Shown one piece after another: positions 9,324-17,797 of a DNA stretch of 64,000 bases (position 1 is the first letter of the stretch; each line of letters opens with the position of its first letter). The DNA is from Candidatus Omnitrophota bacterium. Its GTDB lineage: Bacteria > Ratteibacteria > UBA8468 > MWAK01. A model generated the notes under the pieces. That model searched no databases. It was not told the origin of the DNA and saw only the letters and a list, made by a program, of their open reading frames with translations. A program made the translations under genes and the position numbers. The stretch spans positions 46,195 through 110,194 of the forward strand of contig JBDRQI010000004.1 in the NCBI GenBank assembly GCA_043826355.1, read 5' to 3'.

Positions 9324-10022
9324 CATTATGTGTCGGTATGCGGGAAAGTGCTTTTTTACAATACTGCGGATATCGGATTCTTCCCTGACGCTTCCTTTCT
9401 CCATCAAGGCCCCGGAAGAAGCTATCTTGTTCACAAAAAGAATATCGTGCGTTACAACAACGAACGTCGTGTATTCTTTTAAACTGGTCAGCCATTTCCC
9501 GAATTCATCGCTTGTATTAACGTCAAGGGCTGAAGTAGGTTCGTCAAGCAGGAGATATTCCGGTTTGAGCATAAGCGACCGTGCGATGGTGGCTCTTTGC
9601 GCCTGGCCCCCGCTTATGGCCGACGGGTAACTGTCTTTCAGGTACGCTATCCCCAGGGTTTCAAGCATGGCGGCGGCTTCTTCCCGCGCGGTGCGTTCGC
9701 TCTTCCCGAGAACCTTCATCGGGGCCAGAATCATGTTTTGAAGCACGTTCAGGTGAGGAAAAAGAAACAACTGCTGGAAAACGATGCTGACGGATTTCCT
9801 GAACTCTTTTTCTTCAATTTCGTAAATGTTCCTGCCCTTAAGGGTTATGCTGCCGGAATGCGGCCGGAGGAATTTGCCGATACATTTCAGCAGGGTGGTC
9901 TTGCCGGAGCCGCTTTCCCCCAGGATAGCGTAAATATGACCGGCGGGAATGCTGAGATTTACATTTGACAGAACCTGCGGGCCGCCGGAATATTTGAAAG
10001 AAATGTTTTTAATTTCAATCAT
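9303..10022 (-). CDS. Polar amino-acid ABC transporter ATPase
   Basis: Walker A GESGSGKT, FQQLFLFPHLNV, ISGGQAQR, LLLDEPTSALD, VTHD. Confidence 0.93.
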   Translation of the reverse strand: MIEIKNISFKYSGGPQVLSNVNLSIPAGHIYAILGESGSGKTTLLKCIGKFLRPHSGSITLKGRNIYEIEEKEFRKSVSIVFQQLFLFPHLNVLQNMILAPMKVLGKSERTAREEAAAMLETLGIAYLKDSYPSAISGGQAQRATIARSLMLKPEYLLLDEPTSALDVNTSDEFGKWLTSLKEYTTFVVVTHDILFVNKIASSGALMEKGSVREESDIRSIVKKHFPAYRHIMNGKEKI

Positions 10023-11454
10023 GGCTGAAACCCCTTTGCTTGATTTTTCTTTCCACCCTTCCGGCCAGTTTCATAAGCGGGAAGGTAAAGGCGAAAAACA
10101 TCACCGCAACGATAAAATAATATTTCATCGGGTTGTAGGTCACGCTGATAATGGATTGGGCTTCGCGTATCACTTCGCTTACGCAAATAACGGAAATTAA
10201 GGTCGTGTCCTTGAGAAACGCGACTACGGAGTTCATTAAAGGAGGCAGGGCAACCCGGAATGCCTGCGGTCCTACCACAAACCTGAATACCTGCAGTTTG
10301 GAGAGGCCGAGCGCGCGTCCCGCCAGCGTCTGTCCGCGGTCGACGGACATCAGCCCGGAACGCACCACCTCCGCGATGTAAGCCGCCGAATTCAGGGTCA
10401 GGGTAATAATCGCCGATTGGATGGGAGAAAGCGTCACCCCTATCTGGGGAGCGCCGAAATAAACGAAAAAGAGCTGTATCAGCAAAGGAGTGCCGCGCAC
10501 AAAATCGTTTGCAAGCCGGAAAACTCCGTGGAATAAAAAGCGGGTGTTGTTCAGGATAATCCCCCACGGCAAAGCCAGCGCAAACCCTAAGGCGAGGGAT
10601 ACGAATGCCACCAGCAGCGTAATCCCGAACCCTTTGGCAAGTTTTCGCGTGATTACCGAACCGCTCATTCCTGCCTGTTCTTTTGTCCCTTCTTTTCTCT
10701 CCCCGGCGCCGAACCATTTTTCGTAAACTTCGTTCAGGCCGCCCGTTTTTTCCAGGTAAAACACCGCTTCATTGATCTGTTTAAGCAGTAAGACGTCGTC
10801 TTTCCTTGTCGGAATACCGATTTTTTCGCGGTACAACAGAGGTCCGACAGCCACAAACGGCATCTCGGCCGAACATATCTGGTATAAACCCACAAGTTTA
10901 TCCGTAACGAACCCGTCAAGCCGTCCAATAAGCATATCCTGAAAAATATCAACGGTGCTTTTGTACGGCACCGTTTCAATTCGGGGATAATTTTTTTCAA
11001 GGTAATATTCGTAGGTTTCTCCAACCCCCACCCCCACCTTTTTCCCGCGAAGGTCGGCAATATTTCTTATTTCATCCGAACGGTCGGAACGGATAAAAAG
11101 CTGGGCGCCGGACGTGTAATAAGGCGCGGAAAAGTTTACCTGCTTCTCCCTTTCCGGGGTTATAGCCATGGAACCTATTATGGCATCGTACTTGCGTGCC
11201 AGGAGCCCGGCCAGAATTCCGTCCCATTCCGTGGTGACGAATACCGCTCTCTTACCCAGACGTGAGGCAATCTTTTCCGATACATCAACGTCAAAACCGG
11301 CAAGGGTCCCCTCGTGGGAGTAAAAACTGAACGGCGGGTACTTTCCGGTCAGGGCAACCCTGAGGACACCGTTATCCCCGCCGGAAGCGCAATAGGTCCA
11401 ACACGGGAAAAAAGCGGCAGTCAGAAAAAGCAGAGAGATAAAAAGTTTTTTCAT
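10015..11454 (-). CDS. Fused polar amino-acid ABC substrate-binding protein and permease
   Basis: Signal peptide; SBP family 3 YPPF..GFDVD..WDGILAGL; permease RGTPLLIQL, SAAYIAEVVRSG. Confidence 0.92.
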   Translation of the reverse strand: MKKLFISLLFLTAAFFPCWTYCASGGDNGVLRVALTGKYPPFSFYSHEGTLAGFDVDVSEKIASRLGKRAVFVTTEWDGILAGLLARKYDAIIGSMAITPEREKQVNFSAPYYTSGAQLFIRSDRSDEIRNIADLRGKKVGVGVGETYEYYLEKNYPRIETVPYKSTVDIFQDMLIGRLDGFVTDKLVGLYQICSAEMPFVAVGPLLYREKIGIPTRKDDVLLLKQINEAVFYLEKTGGLNEVYEKWFGAGERKEGTKEQAGMSGSVITRKLAKGFGITLLVAFVSLALGFALALPWGIILNNTRFLFHGVFRLANDFVRGTPLLIQLFFVYFGAPQIGVTLSPIQSAIITLTLNSAAYIAEVVRSGLMSVDRGQTLAGRALGLSKLQVFRFVVGPQAFRVALPPLMNSVVAFLKDTTLISVICVSEVIREAQSIISVTYNPMKYYFIVAVMFFAFTFPLMKLAGRVERKIKQRGFSHD

Positions 11455-13301
11455 TTGAATATTTTCTCGTAAAGCATGAAATGGCGGCCGGCGCCGTAAA
11501 AATCACTAACGGCAAGGTTTTCGCATACCCGCACCGTCTTTCCCTGGCGGCGGCTTATGTTTGAGTACCCCATCCTCTCAAACAGTTTCCGGGACGGGGT
11601 GTTACGTGGGTCGATGGTCAGCCGAATCTTTTTGCATCCGCAATCTTTCGCTTTCTTTTCGGCCCGGGCTACCAGTTTTGCGCCCATTCCTTTTTTGCGC
11701 ATAAACGGCGCCACGCCGACCTGCCAGAGGAAATACGTGTCGGGCAAAGTACGGGATACCACCCCCAGGAGAAATCCCGCTATTGTCTTGCCGCACCGGA
11801 CAACAAAACACGTTTTGCCGAAATATCTGAACATAATTCTGTAAATATGTTCCGGATAGCTTTCCAGCGGAGGGGACGAGGCGGCAAAACGGCTTACTTC
11901 CGCGGCGTCCCGTTCTTTGGGGGAGCCGATTCTAATCTTGCGGTATTTCCGCGCAAAAGCGAAGACTTTTTTTGTTTTACCGGTGATGAGTTCTTTTGAA
12001 CCGATATCCTTTCTGTAATGGAAGCTTCCTTTCACGGAAGCAATCGCGCGGTCCACTCTTTCGGCTGCTTCCGAAATTGTATTTCCGGATGCGGCAAAAG
12101 CAATTCCCCGTTCCGTGCCCACGTCCAAACCGCCATTCTTTCCCCGGCCGCAACTGTAATAAGCGCTGACATCCAATTCCCTTAAAAATCCGGGCGGGAA
12201 GGAAACGCGGAGCGTTTCGTTAAGCCGGCCGGGATAAGCGGGGGGCACGATATACTTGCATACGGTCGCTTTCTTCTCAAACGAAAGAATCGGGCGGCCG
12301 GAAGAAAGCAAACTCGCGGCAATATCAGCGACGTCATTTTTCATAATCAGGAGGGTGTTGAGCCACTCGGGGTCTCCAGGACGAAAATTATATTCAATCA
12401 ACTTTATCCCGGAGGCCGTTATCATAAACTGGCCGTAAAGAAAACCGGCGCAATCTTCTCCCGTTTCCCTGCGCAAGGCATCCACGGTGGCGCGCATTAT
12501 TTCAAGCGCTGCGGCATAATCGCATTCCCGCATAAAAGGAAGCAGGTAACCGGCGCAGGAATACGCCCCCATCCCCGCGGTGTTCGGCCCGCGCTCCCCG
12601 GAAAGAAGTTTTTTAAAATCCTGCACCGCCGGGGTGCAGACCAGGTTGCCGCCCGCAACAAAAGATTGAACCGTAAATTCTTCGCCTTCAAGTTTTTCTT
12701 CTACGAGAACTTCCTTTTTCCCGCCGATTTTCCCGTTTAACACCCTGCGTATATACGCAGACACATCGGTCCTGTCCTTCAATTGGTTGCCGTAAACCCT
12801 TACCCCCAGGCCTTCGGTCAAACCGGACGGTTTTACGGCAACGCGCCAGTCCATTTTTTTTGCAAACTTAACCGCCGGTTCCGTTTCGGTGAAAATACCG
12901 AATTTCGGCACGCCGTCAATAGCGTATTTGAGCAACAGCCGGCGCGCGAAAGATTTATCGGATTCAAGCCGCGCCGCATTTTTAGAAGGACCAAACACCG
13001 GAATCTCTTTTTCCTTCAACGCATCGACCAGCCCTTCCGAAAGCGGTTTTGCGGTCGTAACCAGAACCAGGTCGGGAACGACCCGTTGGGCGTAACGGGT
13101 TATTCTCTTTATGTCTGAAAAATCACCCGTCGTCCATCCGGCCGCCAGGGAAGTTATTCCCGGATTTTCGGTGTCCATATATGCAAAAACATCGGTCCCT
13201 CCGGAGCGCAACAGGTTTTCCGCGGTCGCCTGTTCTTTCGCCCAACTCCCCACAATCAGAATTCTTCTTCTATTTTTTTTCGGGTGTTTTTGCATTTCCA
13301 C
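11451..13301 (-). CDS. Fusion of divergent PurD-like ATP-grasp amide ligase and C-terminal EctA-like GNAT acetyltransferase
   Basis: ATP-grasp: [33 protein letters not shown]; GNAT: [44 protein letters not shown]. Confidence 0.85.
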   Translation of the reverse strand: MEMQKHPKKNRRRILIVGSWAKEQATAENLLRSGGTDVFAYMDTENPGITSLAAGWTTGDFSDIKRITRYAQRVVPDLVLVTTAKPLSEGLVDALKEKEIPVFGPSKNAARLESDKSFARRLLLKYAIDGVPKFGIFTETEPAVKFAKKMDWRVAVKPSGLTEGLGVRVYGNQLKDRTDVSAYIRRVLNGKIGGKKEVLVEEKLEGEEFTVQSFVAGGNLVCTPAVQDFKKLLSGERGPNTAGMGAYSCAGYLLPFMRECDYAAALEIMRATVDALRRETGEDCAGFLYGQFMITASGIKLIEYNFRPGDPEWLNTLLIMKNDVADIAASLLSSGRPILSFEKKATVCKYIVPPAYPGRLNETLRVSFPPGFLRELDVSAYYSCGRGKNGGLDVGTERGIAFAASGNTISEAAERVDRAIASVKGSFHYRKDIGSKELITGKTKKVFAFARKYRKIRIGSPKERDAAEVSRFAASSPPLESYPEHIYRIMFRYFGKTCFVVRCGKTIAGFLLGVVSRTLPDTYFLWQVGVAPFMRKKGMGAKLVARAEKKAKDCGCKKIRLTIDPRNTPSRKLFERMGYSNISRRQGKTVRVCENLAVSDFYGAGRHFMLYEKIFK

Positions 13302-14616
13302 GCTTTACATCCCTCCTTTTTATCCTTTCCGTATGCCCGGGCGTGAGCGAAATCGTTTTGTCGTAATTGGACAACAACTTCCCGATGCCGGTGGGGTTCC
13401 ATTCTTCGGCGCCCTCAAGGTTTAATTGAAGTTTACAAACCGCGCAATTCCGGTCGCAAAAGATGGGTTTGTAAGAATCGGGTTCCTTATAAGTAGTTAT
13501 AACTCCCTCGTAATTTCTAAGCACTATTTTGTTTGTGGACCACGAAATGATATAATTGGGCAGAATCGGTATTTTGCCGCCGCCGCCCGGAGCGTCTATC
13601 ACGTACCTGGGCACGGCAAATCCGCTGGTATGGCCGATCATGCTCTCGATGATTTCTATGCCTTTTCCGACCGGGGTGCGAAAATGGTTCAATCCTTCGG
13701 AGAGGTCGCATTGGTAAAGATAATAGGGCCTAACCCTGTTTTGCACCAACTTGTGGCAGAGACGCTGCATAATGCGCGGGCAGTCGTTCACTTCCGAAAG
13801 AAGCACCGTCTGATTTCCGAGAGGGATTCCGGCGTCCGCCATCTTCGCCAAAGATTCTCTTGAAGATGCGGTTATTTCTCGCGGGTGGTTGAAATGGGTA
13901 TTGACCCATACGGGATGATACTTTTTAAGTATTTCCACCAGCGTTCCGGTGACGCGGTAAGGAAGCACCACGGGCATTCGTGTCCCTATTCTTATAATTT
14001 CAACATGGGGTATTTTTCTCAAAGAAGAAAGTATCCAATCCAATCTTTCATCCGGAAGCATCAACGGGTCGCCTCCGGAAAGGAGCACGTCCCGGATTGC
14101 GGGAGTTTTTCTGATGTAGCGCAAGCCTTCTTCTGTCTGTTTTTTTGAAGGCAGGTAATCAACGTCGCCCACGCGCCTTTTACGCGTGCAGTGCCGGCAA
14201 TACATCGCGCACATATTGCTGACGAGAAAAAGCACCCTGTCCGGATACCGGTGCGTGATAATTCCTCCGCCCTGGCTGTCCGCATCTTCCGCAAGCGGGT
14301 CTTTCATATCTTCGGGAATTACCTCAAATTCACGGATATCCGGAATGGATTGCTTGTAAATGGGGTCGTTTTTGTAAGAGGCAGTATCTATAAGCGACAA
14401 GTAATAGGGGGTCACCGCAAGCGGAAATTTATCAAGGGTTTTTTTTATCTTCTTTTTTTCCTGAACGGGAAAACGGATGCCGAGCACTCTTTCGACGGTG
14501 TCCGCGTCCCGCACCGAATTCCTGACCTGCCATCGCCAATCACGCCAGTTAATAAGAGCGTCGTTAGAAATCCTTTCCGCAATTATTTTTTGTCTTCGCG
14601 GGTATGATTTTTTCAT
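13270..14616 (-). CDS. kamA: Lysine 2,3-aminomutase (radical SAM, AblA/KamA type)
   Basis: [39 protein letters not shown]-terminal CDRNCAVC. Confidence 0.93.
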   Translation of the reverse strand: MKKSYPRRQKIIAERISNDALINWRDWRWQVRNSVRDADTVERVLGIRFPVQEKKKIKKTLDKFPLAVTPYYLSLIDTASYKNDPIYKQSIPDIREFEVIPEDMKDPLAEDADSQGGGIITHRYPDRVLFLVSNMCAMYCRHCTRKRRVGDVDYLPSKKQTEEGLRYIRKTPAIRDVLLSGGDPLMLPDERLDWILSSLRKIPHVEIIRIGTRMPVVLPYRVTGTLVEILKKYHPVWVNTHFNHPREITASSRESLAKMADAGIPLGNQTVLLSEVNDCPRIMQRLCHKLVQNRVRPYYLYQCDLSEGLNHFRTPVGKGIEIIESMIGHTSGFAVPRYVIDAPGGGGKIPILPNYIISWSTNKIVLRNYEGVITTYKEPDSYKPIFCDRNCAVCKLQLNLEGAEEWNPTGIGKLLSNYDKTISLTPGHTERIKRRDVKRGNAKTPEKK

Positions 14617-14741
14617 AAGCGGGGACGTTTTACCGGCAAATAAATCATGCGAATGAATACCGGCGGGTTTTGATTATCAATTACCTTGCGGTTTTGCGTA
14701 TAGGAGAAATTTGTTTTGGATTTTTGTGCTTGCTGGAAATT

Positions 14742-14770
14742 ATAATACCATTTTCGTAAAAAAATGTCAA
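14742..14770 (-). promoter_or_regulatory. sigma70-type promoter for kamA operon
   Basis: Minus strand TTGACA-N17-TATTAT, ~125 bp upstream of the kamA start. Confidence 0.6.
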
Positions 14771-14807
14771 TTTTAATCAGGATACTCCATTTATCCCTCA
14801 ACAAGAG

Positions 14808-14941
14808 ATATTTTAGCCTGATAGTCTGCTTTTTTATTATATTTTACTCAGTTGTATCTAGTTGTCAATTAAAGGGTTGTTCCTCATTCAGTGCACCAAA
14901 CAAATTTTATCACCCTGCCAGGATACGGTCAAGGTTTTGCA
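14808..14941. repeat. ~135-bp direct repeat, copy B
   Basis: Matches 8953-9088; contains minus-strand TTGACA-N16-TAAAAT. Confidence 0.9.
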
Positions 14942-15097
14942 GTCTAAAACTACGACACAGGGGCGGGGTAAATTATTTCTTGTGTTGGCATGACCTTACC
15001 CCGTCTTTATGACCACCTTTTTTAGAGTGCAGAGCAAAAATTTTTAACCTGATGCTCCGCCTTGATCTGTAGAAATTGCATCGTTTCGGTCTCTTGG

Positions 15098-15994
15098 TTA
15101 CTTGCTGCCTACACCTATAAACGGAAGAGGAACGTTTCCGGTAATTGTCTGCGGCAACACCCCGTCCCATTTTTCAAGAGCGGCACGCTGCACCTCTATC
15201 TCTCTCAGTCTTAGCAGTTCCGCGGTTACGTTTTGCCTCTGCAGCCTTAATGATTCTGCTTCTGCTTTTGCCGATTCTATCGTTTGAGCTGCTTCAATTT
15301 TAATTCTTTCTAAATCCCTTTCTGCTTTTAAGGCTTTCTGGGAAGCAATTACTTTTTCTTCGATCGCGCTTGAGAATTCCGGAGAGAATTGGAACTCAGT
15401 TATAGACAGAGTCTGCATCACTATTCCATATTCGGCTATTCTTTCTCCTAAACTTTTTTCGATCTGTTCTTTAACGATAGGTCTTTTTGTTATAAGTTCT
15501 TCTGCTTCAAAGTCAGCGGTTGCTGCCTTGACAGACTCGTGAATTGCAGGGAAAACAACTCTGTCCAGATAATCATCCCGCAACTCCTGATAAATTCCGG
15601 CTACCTTGGTGCGGTCCAGCGCATAGTTCAGGGTAACTTCTGTTTTGACATCCTGTAAATCTTTTGATGCGGAAGTAGCCGAAACAACATAAGCCCTGGT
15701 TTGAACATTAGCGAAAACAACGCTCTCAACCAAAGGAGTTACCAGGTAAATTCCCTCGTTTAAGACCCGTCCCGTTACTCCGCCGAACCTTAAAACAATC
15801 CCCCTGTATCCGGCGGGAACGGCTCCTACCGCTTGAAACAAGCCCAAGAAAAGGAATCCTGCGATAATTGCAAACGCAAGAGGTTTCTGTTTTAATTGGG
15901 TTTCGTTTCCTTCCATCAACCTGCTTACGAGCCCGCTTTTCCACAAACCTATTCCTACCACTACCAAAAAAATCACAAACTTTAATATCGTCAT
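15098..15994 (-). CDS. SPFH/Band 7 (prohibitin-like) membrane protein
   Basis: VPAGYRGIVLRFG, SKDLQDV, FSSAIEEK, EKWDGVLP. Confidence 0.92.
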   Translation of the reverse strand: MTILKFVIFLVVVGIGLWKSGLVSRLMEGNETQLKQKPLAFAIIAGFLFLGLFQAVGAVPAGYRGIVLRFGGVTGRVLNEGIYLVTPLVESVVFANVQTRAYVVSATSASKDLQDVKTEVTLNYALDRTKVAGIYQELRDDYLDRVVFPAIHESVKAATADFEAEELITKRPIVKEQIEKSLGERIAEYGIVMQTLSITEFQFSPEFSSAIEEKVIASQKALKAERDLERIKIEAAQTIESAKAEAESLRLQRQNVTAELLRLREIEVQRAALEKWDGVLPQTITGNVPLPFIGVGSK

Positions 15995-16103
15995 TTTATT
16001 CCCTCCTCATTTTTTTCTTACAGTTTTCCGGAAGTTTTTAACGGCTGGGTTTTTCCCCAAGCGGACAAAACTTAGCTGACGTTCCCCACTTACTTACCAA
16101 AAG

Positions 16104-16171
16104 GAAATATTTTAACCTGATACCCTGCTTTAAGTATCCTCTATTTTACTCCACTACTGTCCAACTGTCAA
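16104..16171 (-). promoter_or_regulatory. Degenerate third copy of the repeat module with TTGACA-N17-TAAAAT promoter
   Basis: tgtcaa 16166-16171, atttta 16143-16148, shared ttttaacctgat motif; upstream of SPFH gene. Confidence 0.55.
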
Positions 16172-16259
16172 CTGCACGAAGTGCCTCATCAAAAATCTAC
16201 TCGAAACCGTTTCAATAAAATAAAATTCTGGCGGGGTTTGGCACCGGCAGGTGGAAATG

Positions 16260-16370
16260 TTATGCTATAGCAGGTGCGACAGCACCAAGCAATTGCCGGA
16301 CCTGGGAGAGGAAGCGGTCAGGGCAGGGGAGGGCTTCCAGCCAGTTGAAGGTTCGAAAATCGTCCTGCCT
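16260..16370 (-). pseudogene. Orphan recombinase C-terminal tail 2
   Basis: RQDDFRTFNWLEALPCPDRFLSQVRQLLGAVAPAIA*, paralogous to tail 1. Confidence 0.55.
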
Positions 16371-16451
16371 GGTTTTTTCCCAGGGATTTGGACACCGGTG
16401 GCCAGAAATGTTATTCTATCCTAGGCGAACGGCACCGTCTGGTCCCAGATG

Positions 16452-16565
16452 TTAAATGGGAACCGCGGTGGCTTCGAGCAATTGCTGAATCTGAGACAAA
16501 AACACCTCGGGCTTTGGGAAGGTTTCGGCGCTGATAAAGGTTCGAATATCGTCCCACCCTCTCCG
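16452..16565 (-). pseudogene. Recombinase C-terminal tail 1, in frame with the att core
   Basis: RRGWDDIRTFISAETFPKPEVFLSQIQQLLEATAVPI*; same RRGW reading of the att core as the fragment at 4734-5296. Confidence 0.65.
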
Positions 16566-16567
16566 CA
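16552..16567 (+). repeat. tRNA-Ser 3'-end copy (att; island 1 / island 2 junction)
   Basis: tcccaccctctccgca = 4637-4652; preceded by ggttcgaa plus a 5-bp insertion. Confidence 0.88.
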
Positions 16568-16598
16568 ACGTTTTTCCTGCCTTGTAAAAATTCCTTAT

Positions 16599-16658
16599 TT
16601 GACGAATGTATTATTCTTGTTATAAAATACAGGTACAAAGTACAGGTATGAACAGGTA
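16599..16658 (+). promoter_or_regulatory. Promoter and three ACAGGTA direct repeats (candidate operator)
   Basis: TTGACG-N16-TATAAA with TG extension; ACAGGTA at 16629, 16642, 16652. Confidence 0.5.
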
Positions 16659-16665
16659 AAACACA

Positions 16666-17748
16666 ATGAGGAAAAAACCAGAACCGATTTACAGAAAATT
16701 AGAGGAAGACCTCTTGCGAAAAATACAGGAGAAGAAGTTAAGGCCGGACCAAGTTCTTTCTTCCGAAAATCAACTGGCCCGTGAGTATAAAATGAGCAGA
16801 ACTTCGGTTCGCGTAACCCTTAACAATTTAAAAGCAAAAAGTCTTATCTATTCTCTGCCCGGGAAAGGGAACTTCGTAAAAGGTTACGGTGCCATAAAAA
16901 ACAAGAACAGGCGGATAGCCCTTGTCGTTCCGGACCTGGAGAATTCGAATTTTAACATCTATCACGGTATAGAAGACGTGCTGGAAAAAGAAGGGTTTAC
17001 CCTCATCGTTTATAATTCCAGGCGAAGCATAGAAAAGGAGAATAAAAACATACAAGCCTTGATGGAAGGCAATGAATCAGCAGCGATAATCTTTCCAAAC
17101 TGGGGTAAAGCCAATTTTGAACTATTGTATCAACTCAAAAGGATGAATTACCCCTTTGTTTTGATAGACAGGTATTTCCCGGACATAGAAACCGATTACA
17201 TGATAACAAACAATAAAAAGGGTGGTTATCTGGCTACCGAATATCTTATAAATTTGGGCCACAGGAAGATTGGGGTGATATACGGCGTGAACTGTACGGC
17301 TATCGAAGACCGATTTCAGGGATATCTTGATGCTTTAACCAAACACAAAATTGCGTTTTTCGCTTCCCTAACCAAGAAGATTCCCCAAGACGAGAAATAC
17401 TTTAAGGAGGAACCCTCAAGCGGTGGAGTTTGGGAGACTAAGGAACTGTTGAAGGAGAAACCGACAGCTATTTTTGCCACCAATGACTTTTTGGCAAGAA
17501 ACGCTTTGAATACAATAAGGAAATCAGGTCTTTCGGTTCCGGAAGATATTTCTCTGGTCGGTTTCGACAACCAGGAATTCTCCGAGGACCTTGGGTTGAC
17601 CACAATCGCGCAGCCGTTTTACCGGATAGGCCAAAAAGCTGCTCAACTGGTTATTGAAAAACTCAAAGGAGAAAAAAAGATTAAGAAATTATCTTTGGCA
17701 CCGGAACTGATTATTCGGAAAAGTTGTAAAAAAATCGTGCCGGAATAA
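16666..17748 (+). CDS. GntR-HTH / LacI sugar-binding hybrid regulator (AraR-like architecture)
   Basis: SENQLAREYKMSRTSVR..GKGNFV; LGHRKIG, AIFATND, VPEDISLVGFD, LTTIAQP, LIIRKS. Confidence 0.92.
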   Translation: MRKKPEPIYRKLEEDLLRKIQEKKLRPDQVLSSENQLAREYKMSRTSVRVTLNNLKAKSLIYSLPGKGNFVKGYGAIKNKNRRIALVVPDLENSNFNIYHGIEDVLEKEGFTLIVYNSRRSIEKENKNIQALMEGNESAAIIFPNWGKANFELLYQLKRMNYPFVLIDRYFPDIETDYMITNNKKGGYLATEYLINLGHRKIGVIYGVNCTAIEDRFQGYLDALTKHKIAFFASLTKKIPQDEKYFKEEPSSGGVWETKELLKEKPTAIFATNDFLARNALNTIRKSGLSVPEDISLVGFDNQEFSEDLGLTTIAQPFYRIGQKAAQLVIEKLKGEKKIKKLSLAPELIIRKSCKKIVPE

Positions 17749-17797
17749 ATATATATTTTTTCTTCTTAAGAATACAAGTTTAAACAGGTTTATTAAA

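Larger units (their letters stand above)
5297..15036. mobile_element. Cargo element bounded by ~48-bp terminal inverted repeats (TG...CA), no cognate transposase seen
   Basis: 5297-5344 is the reverse complement of 14990-15036 with 2 mismatches and 1 indel; no target-site duplication visible. Confidence 0.75.
4764..16567. mobile_element. tRNA-Ser-integrated genomic island 1 (decayed)
   Basis: Bounded by tRNA 3'-end copies at 4764-4782 and 16552-16567; recombinase relic at left end; IS and cargo inside. Confidence 0.8.

Noticed and set aside
11451-13301. Annotation as housekeeping purD
   Set aside because: Substrate motifs altered, GNAT fusion, no pur genes nearby, located in mobile cargo.
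13270-14616. EpmB, glutamate 2,3-aminomutase or lysine-fermentation kamA
   Set aside because: Length and Cys-containing tail fit the AblA type; both lysine-binding Asp are present; no efp/epmA or kamDE/kdd nearby.
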